Assembly (NCBI GenBank): GCA_002269645.1
Contig: NIVC01002089.1
Location: forward strand, 1 to 64,000
Direction: 5' to 3'
Length of the DNA stretch: 64,000 nucleotides
From: Macrostomum lignano
Lineage: Eukaryota
Under the pieces are notes generated by a model, which did not search any database, was not told where the DNA came from, and was given only the letters and a program-made list of their open reading frames with translations. Of the stretch, positions 27,020-38,200 are shown one piece after another; position 1 is the stretch's first letter, and each line of letters opens with the position of its first letter. The translations under genes were made by a program, and so were the position numbers.

Positions 27020-28900
27020 AAAAACCCGAGATGATTAGCCATCAGAAAATTCTTCGCTACGGATTTTCCCTGGAAGTGGCGATGCCTGGCAAACAGCCAT
27101 GACCCGAAAGGGCCATGGTCACCGCCCTGATGTCCCTGCGGTTGAGTCCAAGCAGGGCCCTGTGGAGGGTGGGGGAAGGACATGGGACAGCCGCGCGGGA
27201 TTGCTGGCAGTCTGGGGCGTAAGACCACCTTTCCTTGTGGTTTGAGCCACCCACTGGTTGATCCGAGTAGTGACAACGGCGGTGGGGGTGGGGGCCACAG
27301 GCAGGGACCAGTAAAAGAACCGGTCGGGCCATCCTTGGCCAGGCAATCGGCCAACTCATTGCCTGGGTGGCCCGAGTGCCCGGGGATCCACCTTAGGGAC
27401 ACCTTGTTAGAGGCGTCTAAGCGGTTGAGCTGCCCGATTGCAGTCAAGGACTGTACGCGAGCAGGTGGTGGTGCGCTCAAGGGCGTGGATCGCCGTTTCA
27501 CTGTCCGAGTGGAGGGTAATTTCCTTCCCCCAGACGCGCTGATTGTACAGCTCCATGGCACAGGAGCAGATGGCGAGAACTTCGTTCTGGAAGACGGTGG
27601 AGTAGGTGCCGGTGTGCTGGGAGAAGGTCGCCACAGTTCTCCCTCCAGACACGATGCAGCAGCCGTAGCCAGAGGCGGAGTTGATTTGGGACCCGTCAGT
27701 GAAGCAGTGGATTTCATGGGATTTCCAGTTGTCCCTTGCTTCATGACGTGGTGGAATGCTGGTTTTGAATTTGAGCGGAGAGCAGAGCGTGGACGGGATT
27801 CCGTCCGAGAGGGTCAGCAGGCCTCCTGCTGCTTCCAGGTCTCGCAGGCTGAGGTCGCCGTGCGGCCGGAGGTTCCGCTTTCTGAAGGCGAACTGCTTCT
27901 GGATAACGACCCCGCGTCAAGCAGACGGCGGGTGGTCTTCATTGCCTCCCCTCTGACAGAGGTCAAGGGGAAATGTCCAGGAAGGAGTTCATGCCAGCAA
28001 AAAGCGTAGAGGGAGCCGCGCTCGTGATCAGTGCCGAAGCATATATGGCTGAGTCCACCTCCGACGGGTAATTACGAGCTAAAATTGAAATAATTCATTC
28101 ATTTGTACATGTAGCTGGCGCATCGAATAATTTTTAGTTTAATTAGCAATGCACACTTGCTCAAAGCTCGACAAGCGCGGCCTTGCACCCTGTTAAGAGC
28201 TTCAAGAACCCCTTTCACCCCAAGGGCACTGTTCCAGATGAAGCCGACGAAGATGGCCGGTCTAACAATGGCAGTGTAAATCCACCAGAGGCTGCGGGGG
28301 GTGAGGCCCCAGGTGGCGCCGAAAGCTCTGCGGGTCTGCGCGATAGTAGCGAGAGCTTTGCGGGCTTTGGTTTGGACGTGTGGGGTCCAGCTCAACCTGT
28401 GGTCGAGAGTGAGGCCCAGACATCTGGTTTGTTTCTCCATGGCAACGGGTTTGCCATAGAGGGAGAGCGGTTCGATCCTCCAGTTTCGGCGGCAGGTGAA
28501 CACGATAGCGACGGTTTTAGACTTAGAGAACCTGAGACCGCAGCCGTGTGCCCAGCGCTCGGCACGGTAAATGAAGGCTTGGAGGAGGTCTCTGAGAAAC
28601 GTGGGTGATGGTCAAGCCACAGTGGCGGTAACATCGTCCACGTAACCGACCTGAACCGGATCCGGATACGGGCTGCAGAGCAGCTCGTCCATGATCGACC
28701 AAGTTCCAGAGAATCGGCGTGAGGACTATACCTTTCGGTCCGCCTTTCTGGCCCTCCACAGGGCGGGAGTGTCCCAGGAGGTGCGAGGTGGCAGTACAAT
28801 GGGAGACCATGTACATGATCCAGCAGGTGAGATGCTCGTTGAAAGCACCATCAATGTTGAGGAAAAGCAAGAGCGCGTATCCCCTTCCAAACAAAAACAT
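27020..28900 (-). mobile_element. Degenerate RNase H-encoding LINE (I superfamily, Loa/Lian/R1-like), 5'-truncated
   Basis: Minus-strand fragments: LFLNIDGAFN, LTPILWNLV, YVDD, RCLGLTLDHRLSW...WGL...YTAIVRP; RNase [37 protein letters not shown]; many frameshifts. Confidence 0.88.
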
Positions 28901-28956
28901 GGATGCACATTTATTGGGCTTCAAAAAACAGCTCAACCCGGCAACCCTGCTCGCAG

Positions 28957-31900
28957 AGCTTGCTCCGGCCTGAGCTCGGCGCCTACTCGCCGGCCAGCAA
29001 CCTGTCGCAAAACGACGTCATTCGAGCGCGCCAACGCGCTGGCGAGCCGATCGTCAACCTGGGATTCGGCCAGTCGCCCTTCCCCATACCACAGCCTGCC
29101 GTGGACAGCCTCCGGCAGCACGCAGCCGACGGTCGCTACCTGCCAGCCTGCGGCATCCCGGAGCTTCGCCAGGCCGTGTCGGAATTTCACCGCCGGCTCG
29201 ACCAGCTCGATCCGGACATTTTCACGCCCGATGGCGTGGTTTGCGGGCCGGGCAGCAAAGAGCTGATCTTCCTCATCATGACGGTGTTCCGCGGCACGGT
29301 GTACATCGGGGCTCCCAGCTGGACCACCTACCGGCCGCAGACTCTGCTGAGCGGCCGGTCCTGCGTGACGCTCGGCTTGTCCGCCGCGGACAGTTGGAAA
29401 ATAACACCGGAAATTATTGGCGCCAATTTGACTGGCGACCCGCGCCGGTTGTTGGTCCTGGCCAACCCGGATAACCCTACGGGACAGGTGTACAGCGAGT
29501 GAGTCACTTTGGTATAACCCTACGGGACAGGTGTACAGCGAGTGAGTGAGTGAGTCACTCTGGTAACCCTACGGGACAGGTGTACAGCGAGTGAGTCACT
29601 CTAGTAACCCTACGGGACAGTTGTACAGCGAGTGAGTCACTCTAGTAACCCTACGGGACAGTTGTACAGCGAGTGAGTCACTCTAGTAACCCTACGGGAC
29701 AGTTGTACAGCGAGTGAGTCACTCTAGTAACCCTACGGGACAGGTGTACAGCGAGTGAGTCACTCTGGTAAATCCTACGGGACAGGTGTACAGCGAGTGA
29801 GTGAGTGAGTCACTCTGGTAACCCTACGGGACAGGTGTACAGCGAGTGAGTCACTCTGGTAAATCCTACGGGACAGGTGTACAGCGAGTGAGTGAGTGAG
29901 TCACTCTAGTAACCCTACGGGACAGGTGTACAGCGAGTGAGTCACTCTGGTAAATCCTACGGGACAGGTGTACAGCGAGTGAGCGAGTGAGTCACTCTGG
30001 TAACCCTACGGGACAGGTGTACAGCGAGTGAGTCACTCTAGTAACCCTACGGGACAGGTGTACAGCGAGTGAGTCACTCTGGTAAATCCTACGGGACAGG
30101 TGTACAGCGAGTGAGTGAGTGAGTCACTCTGGTAACCCTACGGGACAGGTGTACAGCGAGTGAGTGAGTGAGTCACTCTGGTAACCCTACGGGACAGGTG
30201 TACAGCGAGTGAGTGAGTGAGTGAGTCACTCTGATAACCCTACGGGACAGGTGTACAGCGAGTGAGTGAGTGAGTGAGTCACTCTGGTAACCCTACGGGA
30301 CAGTTGTAAAGCGAGTGAGTCACTCTAGTAACCCTACGGGACAGGTGTACAGCGAGTGAGTCACTCTGGTAACCCTACGGGGCAGGTGTACAGAGAGTGA
30401 GTCACTCTGGTAACCCTACGGGGCAGGTGTACAGAGAGTGAGTCACTCTGGTAACCCTACGGGGCAGGTGTACAGAGAGTGAGTCACTCTGGTAACCCTA
30501 CGGGGCAGGTGTACAGAGAGTGAGTCACTCTGGTAACCCTACGGGGCAGGTGTACAGAGAGTGAGTCACTCTGGTAACCCTACGGGGCAGGTGTACAGAG
30601 AGTGAGTCACTCTGGTAACCCTACGGGGCAGGTGTACAGAGAGTGAGTCACTCTGGTAACCCTACGGGGCAGGTGTACAGAGAGTGAGTCACTCTGGTAA
30701 CCCTACGGGGCAGGTGTACAGAGAGTGAGTCACTCTGGTAACCCTACGGGGCAGGTGTACAGAGAGTGAGTCACTCTGGTAACCCTACGGGGCAGGTGTA
30801 CAGAGAGTGAGTCACTCTGGTAACCCTACGGGGCAGGTGTACAGAGAGTGAGTCAACCCTGCAGGACAGGTGTCTCATAGGTGGGTGTTGATTGTGACCC
30901 ACCCTCAGCAGCTGATCCCCTTTCACCCCACGCAGCTCTGAACTGGCAGCCCTGGCGGAGTTCCTTCGTCGCGAACGGTTCATCGTAGTCTCGGACGAGA
31001 TCTACGCCAGGCTGAACTTCTCGCTGAGCCACCGCAGCCTCGCACGGCTGTACCCCGAGGGCTGCATCGTCACCAGCGGCCTGTCGAAATGGGCCGGCGC
31101 TGGTGGTTGGCGCCTCGGGTACGCGCTATTTCCGCGCCCACTAGAATCGTTTAGACGCGCGGTGGCCAGCGCCGCCACGCACACCTATTCCTGCTGCGCC
31201 GCTCCGGTGCAACACGCGGCTCTGGCGTTGCTAGGCAACCCCGAGGAGACGGCCAAGCATTCGAATAGGAGCGCCAGAATTTTGGCGGCGCTGGCCAGGC
31301 ACTGTGAACGGCGCCTGACCGAGGCTGGCGCCGTTGTGGCGCCTGCCGGAGGCGGTTTCTACCTGCTGCCGGATTTCGAGGTTGGTTTTTTGTTTAAATA
31401 TCCTTTCAGAATTAACAATTGCAGATTCTTACTTTTCTACTTACAATAGAGCAGCAAGAAAAAGTTGTAGGAAATTGAGTATAGAAGATACACGGGCTTT
31501 CGGGATTTGACGCCAATACGTTTGTACAGCCACCAAAGGATGTTTAAGTACGCCGGCAGCCGCCACCCGTCACGCGTACAAAGTACATCCAGGGAAGCTC
31601 AATCGTGTTAATTAATAATTAATAATTAACTCCTAGTTGCTATGAGCAAAAGTTTAAAGGCACCTCTAGCCATGGCCGGTCTAAAGCGTACCGTACTCTA
31701 TGCAAGGTACATGTATATATTGAAAAGCCCAGAGGAATCTGGAGCGGGGAATTTCTCGTAGGGGTATTCTTTTGTCCAGAGTGCGAGGTTGCATGGCCTT
31801 CCTGACTATCTCCGGTGATAAGCAGAGATGACGCTGATAATTTACATGTACATGTAAATACCACAAAGGTGTGAACGATTCAGTTTAAGACTACTGAGAA

Positions 31901-32563
31901 AAGTAGACGAATAAAGATTTGGAACGTAAAATCTCCCAGAAAGCCAAAAAACGTCGGCAAAAAAAATTCCCGCAAAAGGAGAGTCTGACAGTCTGTAACA
32001 CTGGCTAGTGTCGAGTACACAAGCTCTTCTAGCACATTATATTGAGACTTGTATAAGCAGTAAATTAAAGGCTACGCTCGGAATATTCAAGTCTTTTACT
32101 CATAGTAGGCAAAATCTATCTCTTTAATTGCCATTTCTGTGGATAATTCCATTCCTACTCTTGCGTATCTACTCACGAGTCACCAGTAGACAGAAAACTA
32201 ACAGAAGTATTGAAACAAACATAAAAAATAAAGGTCGCTCGCGAGGGCCTTCGTCGGCTTCTTGGCAGCGCGTCGAAGGAGCCGACCGGCGCCGCCATGT
32301 GCGAGCGAATTCTGTCCGACATCGGGGTGGCGCTCATGCCGGCCGGCCCGGCCTTTCTCCGGCCGGAAAGCGAGCTCACCGTTCGCTTGTGCTTCGTCGA
32401 ATTCGATGGAGCCGCGGCGCTGCAGGCGGTGCGCGAACTGGAGCTGGAGGAGGCTGACAACAGCGCGCCGCTTCCCGACGACTTCGCGGCGAAGTACTGC
32501 GAGCCAACTTATTCGGCTGTTGTGAGACTGGCCGACTGGCTGAGGTCTGTGCAGCAAGCCTGA
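28957..32563 (+). CDS. PLP-dependent class I/II aminotransferase (aspartate aminotransferase-like); start codon/first exon uncertain
   Basis: join(28957..29498,30936..31380,32234..32563); motifs NLGFGQSPFP, GPGSKELIF, NPDNPTG, SDEIY, SGLSKWAGAGGWRLGY (PLP lysine), GGFYLLPDF, VRLCFV. An in-frame ATG exists at 28903; a CAG acceptor at 28956 suggests an unidentified upstream exon. Confidence 0.9.
29471..30855. repeat. ~41-bp minisatellite made of the exon end plus the 5' splice site (about 30 copies)
   Basis: AACCCTACGGG(A/G)CAGGTGTACAG(C/A)GA|GTGAGTCACTCT(G/A)GT; the first copy is the real exon/intron junction. Confidence 0.97.
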
Positions 32564-33054
32564 GCTGCCGAGCTTTTTGACTGCATGCAGATTTACGTGC
32601 AATCTGACTGCGTGATAAAGGAATTATCTGCTTAAATGTAGCAACAGTAATTAAAAACTTATGATCAACTTTATGATTTACTTAAATTATGTGCAATATA
32701 TAAACTGTTTGCTTGAACAGTTTCACAACCGATGCACAAGACATGACATGAGGTGGCAGCCCACAAAGCTCATTTCTAAAGTTCATCTGCACTCTGTTTA
32801 CTTGTTTTCTCTTCCTCTCTGGTTCAATCTTGTTATTCTTATCTCTCTCCCTCGCTGCCTTCTGATTGGCTCTTCAATCTCGCCTGATTTTGTTAGTCGC
32901 GCTCGCTCAACTCCGTTTTATCTTGCACTCTTCTCCCCCCCGCTAGTTTATTGACATAAATATATTCCAGCCCTGAGCCCCTCTGTCTGTCTGGTTCTTA
33001 AACTCTAACACAATGCTCGCATTTTTATATATTGCTATTTTTTCACCAGAGAAA

Positions 33055-33740
33055 ATAGGGTGGCAGTGGCAGCCTACAGATGCGCAGAGGAAATGGGGTG
33101 GCAGCCCACAGAGGCACAGGGGAAATGGGGTGGCAGCCCACAGAGTTGCAGGGGAAATGGGTGACAGCTCACAGAGGCACAGGGGAAATGGGGTGGCAGC
33201 CCACAGAGGCACAGGGGAAATGGGGTGGCAGCCCACAGAGTTGCAGGGGAAATGGGTGACAGCTCACAGAGGCACAGGGGAAATGGGGTGACAGCTCACA
33301 GAGGCACAGGGGAAATGAGGTGGCAGCTCACAGAGGCACAGGGGAAATGGGGTGGCAGCCCACAGAGTTGCAGGGGAAATGGGTGACAGCTCACAGAGGC
33401 ACAGGGGAAATGGGGTGGCAGCCCACAGAGGCACAGGGGAAATGGGGTGGCAGCCCACAGAGTTGCAGGGGAAATGGGTGACAGCTCACAGAGGCACAGG
33501 GGAAATGGGGTGGCAGCCCACAGAGTTGCAGGGGAAATGGGTGACAGCTCACAGAGGCACAGGGGAAATGGGGTGGCAGCCCACAGAGGCACAGGAGGCA
33601 AATGGGGTGAGCACAGCAGCCACAGAGTTGCAGGGGAAATGGGTGACAGCTCACAGAGGCACAGGGGAAATGGGGTGGCAGCTCACAGAGACACTGGGGA
33701 AATGGGGTGGCAGCCTACAGAGGCACTGGGGAAATGGGGA
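33055..33740. repeat. 31-32 bp minisatellite
   Basis: GGGAAATGGGGTGGCAGCCCACAGAGGCACAG and variants; lies between the convergent aminotransferase and UBE2L3 3' ends. Confidence 0.95.
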
Positions 33741-35277
33741 GGCATTTTACTTCAAAAAAACAAGATCAGTTCGAGCGCAAAAATTTGAAAGTCAATTTGG
33801 TGTTTTACAAATAAAAATGTTACTATTGTTATGGCATTCAACGAGCAGTCAGAAATTTTTAGTCAAAATTTCACTCTCCTTGAAATACACACTGCGGTTT
33901 TATTATTACGATTCACATTCATATTTGTTGGAACCAGAAGGCTTTTACGAACCGGAATACGCATTGTCAGCGAGTGCAACTGCTTTGGACTTTGCAGACT
34001 TGCCTCAGCTTTTCACAGGTTGAACCTTGAAATAAATAAAACTGCTTTAAATAATCAAAAATACGGTAAGCAATTAACAAGAGTAAATAATAGACAGGGT
34101 GAATAAGAAAAGAGGCTGACGACAAAAAGCAAAAGTCACGTTTTAAAAATAAGAAAACATAACGAAAAAAATGTTTATTTAGAAACATAGAAAGCGGGTG
34201 TGATCGGGCAGTTAGTCTATTTATGCAAGATATACGCTCATATTTATTAACTGGGATAATACAAAAATGGATCAATCTCAAATCAATCGTGGATTATTAT
34301 AATATATAATTAACTTCTAAATTTCCCATGAATATAATAGGCAAAGAATGGTCAAAATAATTATATGCTTATCTAATATGTAAAAAGGATACATCCAGGT
34401 TGTTTAAGTGCTACATTGACTACTGAATAAGTAGTAAACAATTGTGCCTTATTGCTACGACCGTATTTGAAATTTCTATTACGAGAAAAGACCGGTTGAC
34501 AATTATGCTTTCTATCTATTCTAATATTATCATCACTTTGACCAAGTCATAAAAATTGTAGGATAACCTTGGCATTCTATTATTAAAATTCAAAAACATT
34601 ACTAACGAGTAGGGTGTTACTAGTGTTATTATTGACAACTTTCGGATTTTATATAATTAAAGCCAAGATAAGGTCAGGTGTTTTTTGATAAGAGATAATC
34701 ACGTGGTATGTTTGGCAGCAATTGATGTACATTAAGACAGACAATGTACACTATAGCTTGACCCACACGACGACCCCCGCTTACGTAGAATGGGCCTACT
34801 ACCCTTCAAAACCCTGCAGTAAACTCCATTAGAACTCGCAGGCCCGTGAAGATGGGCAATAAAATGGAATTCTAGAAGCTAGAGCCCCACCACCCCAAAC
34901 AACCCCGCAGTAAAATTGGTAGCCCCTCGCTGGCTCGTGAAAATCAATAAAATGGAATGTGCGTCGAAGACCACATCTCCACCCCAAAAAACAAAATCAA
35001 TTAGCCCCGAGGGGTTGACTAAAGCAAGATATCTAACTACTGAATCGAAAGTAGTTTGATGGCATATCTAATTTTAGACTTGCTAATGTTTAATCCAAGC
35101 CACGCTACTGTAAGTAGCTTAATGCGTAATAAACTGCTACTTCTCCTCCAACACAGACATATTTCAGTGGAGAAGCAGTAGTGCTAGGGTCAAATCATAT
35201 GCCTAAATCTATATACGAAGAATGAGCCTTAAGAACTAAACTTAGTATCTGATATAGCAAAGTGTCAGCATGTCCTC

Positions 35278-38200
35278 TCAGTCCGAAGGCCTTGGCTCGG
35301 CATTCTTTCTAGTGAATTCTTCGGCATTTTTCATAAATTTTTTCTTGTCGCGAAGGAACTCCTCGGCGAGGTCACCGCGCAGCGGATTCTCGGGCTCCGG
35401 ATCGTGGACCATGGCAATCAGGGCTTGCACAACTAGGCGGGGTTGACGATGCGATGGCGTGATTTTAATAATAAGATATTTTAATGATTTGATGGGGAAT
35501 GATGCCTACCTGATGTATTAGAAGGGTTCTGAGTTTTCTAACCGATCTTATTTGTGATAAAAATTCTGTAATTATCTTAGATCCCAATTCTGTAATTATC
35601 TTAGATCCCAATTCTGTAATTATCTTAGATCCCAATTCTGTTATTATCTTAGATCCCAATTCTGAATATTCTCTTATTCACTCACCTTGCTCTGTCTTGG
35701 TGGCCGGCTTCCAATTCTCTGGATTAATAATTGGCAAGCACACCTGGCCTTTCTCATCAACATTGGGATGATAAATCTTTGTTTTAAATGTAACCTTTGG
35801 CGGCTTGAATGGATACTCCACAGGGAAGTCAATGTTGATGCGGAACGCGCCTTTGTTGTATGGGGGATTTTCCGGCACTATGAGGCCGCTCCAAGCCAGG
35901 ATGTTGTTCTCGCTGGCTTGCACATCCCGGAATACTCGCTGGAGAGCCTCCGACTTGGTGATGTCGGCCAGCTCCTGACAGATCCAACATAGATTTTTAT
36001 TGAAGCGTATAGCAATTTGTTGTTACTGCCAGCAAGCAAAACTGATGGATAAAACATTCAATAAACATATGAACTACTTTGAGTAACACTGGGACTTTTA
36101 TCTACCCCTGTCAGCTACGTCTACTAACCTGTGATCTAGCCCTAGTAACCCCTGTCAGCTACCCCTACTAACCCTGCGATCTAACCCAAGTAACCATGTG
36201 ATCTACCCTAGTAACAAGTGTGATCTACCCTAGTAACAAATGTGATCTAACATAGTAACAAATGTGATCTACCCTAGTAACAAATGTGATCTACCCTAGT
36301 AACCATGTGATCTACCCTAGTAACCATGTGATCTACCAATATGGTCTAGAGAAGGCTAATGACATAAACTTATTTGTTTTTGTACAAGTATACACTGAGT
36401 CTGCTGCTGTTTCTAAAAATTTCTGCTTGTCTTATTAATGAGAGCAATATTTTATTGAACTCATTGTACACAGCAAAGATAGGCACATAAATTTTAATGA
36501 GTGGGCTTTCTGAACTGCAGAAAAGGAGTACTTTAATGGTACATAGGTGCTATCTTGTGGCAATTTTTTCCCAATATCAGTGCCCAGCCTAACTGTGCAG
36601 GGGTCATTTGTATATGCCAGAATTTTCTGGCATATGTAACCTTCTAGAGTCTAGGTAGGCCTACACACTTTTTTACATATTTTCATTGCTATATATTGAA
36701 AGCAAGTGCTACATAAATGTCACTCAACTATACATTTCAATGTTGAGTTATATAATAGGCCTATAAAGAAAACTAGTTTACTTCTATTTTAATTTTTGAA
36801 ATTCACAAATTTGTTATACTTTTTGCACTTTTTTGGTCTTGCTATCTTCTCTAATTACCAATGTAATTAATGTAATTAATTAAATATAGCAAAGAGAAGA
36901 TAGCAAACTCATTCATCATTGTTGTTGTTTGTTATTTCAGTGTAGTTGATATAGTGTATATAGTATTTCCTATAGTCTATGTATGTATGTCTACACTTTA
37001 TAAAAAGTAAAGTCTACTCTTTCTTAGAAAATGAACATTTCAAATTTCTGCTAGCTTTGTTTAATTGTTGTTTGTGAATAATATTTTACAAATAACATTT
37101 GTTTTAAATTATGTTTTGACTAAGCCTAATTTAAATAGAAAGCCAAAAGAGACAAGTTAAAATAACAGATTTTACAAAAAGAGTACAAGATTACAAGAAG
37201 TTTATTTAGGTTAATGATTGTGTATTATTATTGCTCATTTTACTTGTTAACTAGCTTGTAAGTTAAATAATTTTATTATTTCTAACATTACAAATTGTTT
37301 ATATTTAAATAATTGGAAACAACATGGGTTTTATAAAAAAATGTTGAAATAACTATATTCTTTTGTGTAGCAAGTTCCTCAAATATTTAACAGAACTACA
37401 TGCATTTCTGCGATAATATTGCAAGCTATTAGCATATAAAGTAGCAAAAGTATAAAAGCTTTACTACAGTATTGGAGCTGGCAAAAAGTTTAGTACTTTA
37501 AATTTAAAGGGTCTTTTAAATACTATTTTTACTGTCAGACTAACAACTACTGCCATTTCTTTTAAACCAGAAAACCAAGTTACTGGGATTAAATGTAGTG
37601 GCTGTTGTAAGCAACCATGGCTTCTGATTCTGAATTGCCTCTTCAAAGTCTGCTGCCAATTTGGTTCCAAAGGCGCTGCTGACCAGCCAATTGAACACTA
37701 TCAGACATATCCCATACAGCTGTAATGGTGGAGACAGATCAGCATAAAGCTGCAGTGATTTGTGGAGCAGCTGGCGGCAGGCATTTCCTTCTATCATGCC
37801 ACTTCTATAATTAGCTCAGATAACTAGCAATCTTCGCCCCCCGATGGGGGACATCTAGATAGAATCTCTGTTCTCTGCAAGTATCAATAAGATGGTCAAA
37901 CAAAGCCTTCACAATTCACATAGTCAATAAAAAAACTGCTCAGATGAAGTGCAATGCAAAAAGAAAACATCCTAAGACAGCAAGCATCCCCCCAGATAGC
38001 AAGCACCTCCAGATAGCAAGCACCCCCCAGATAGCAGGCACCCCTAGTTAGCAAGCACCCCCAGATAGCAAGCACCCCCCAGATAGCAGGCACCCCCCAG
38101 ATAGCAAGCACCCCCAGATAGCAGGCACCCCCCAGATAGCAAGCATCCCCCAGATAGCAAGCACCTCCAGATAGCAAGCACCCCCAGATAGCAAGCACCA

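Noticed and set aside
28079-28156. 78-nt AT-rich GT...AG segment inside the LINE relic, suggesting a gained intron
   Set aside because: Removing it gives an immediate stop (AAC TCG TAA), and LINE homology resumes only near 28035, so it is part of a larger (~130 bp) foreign insertion.
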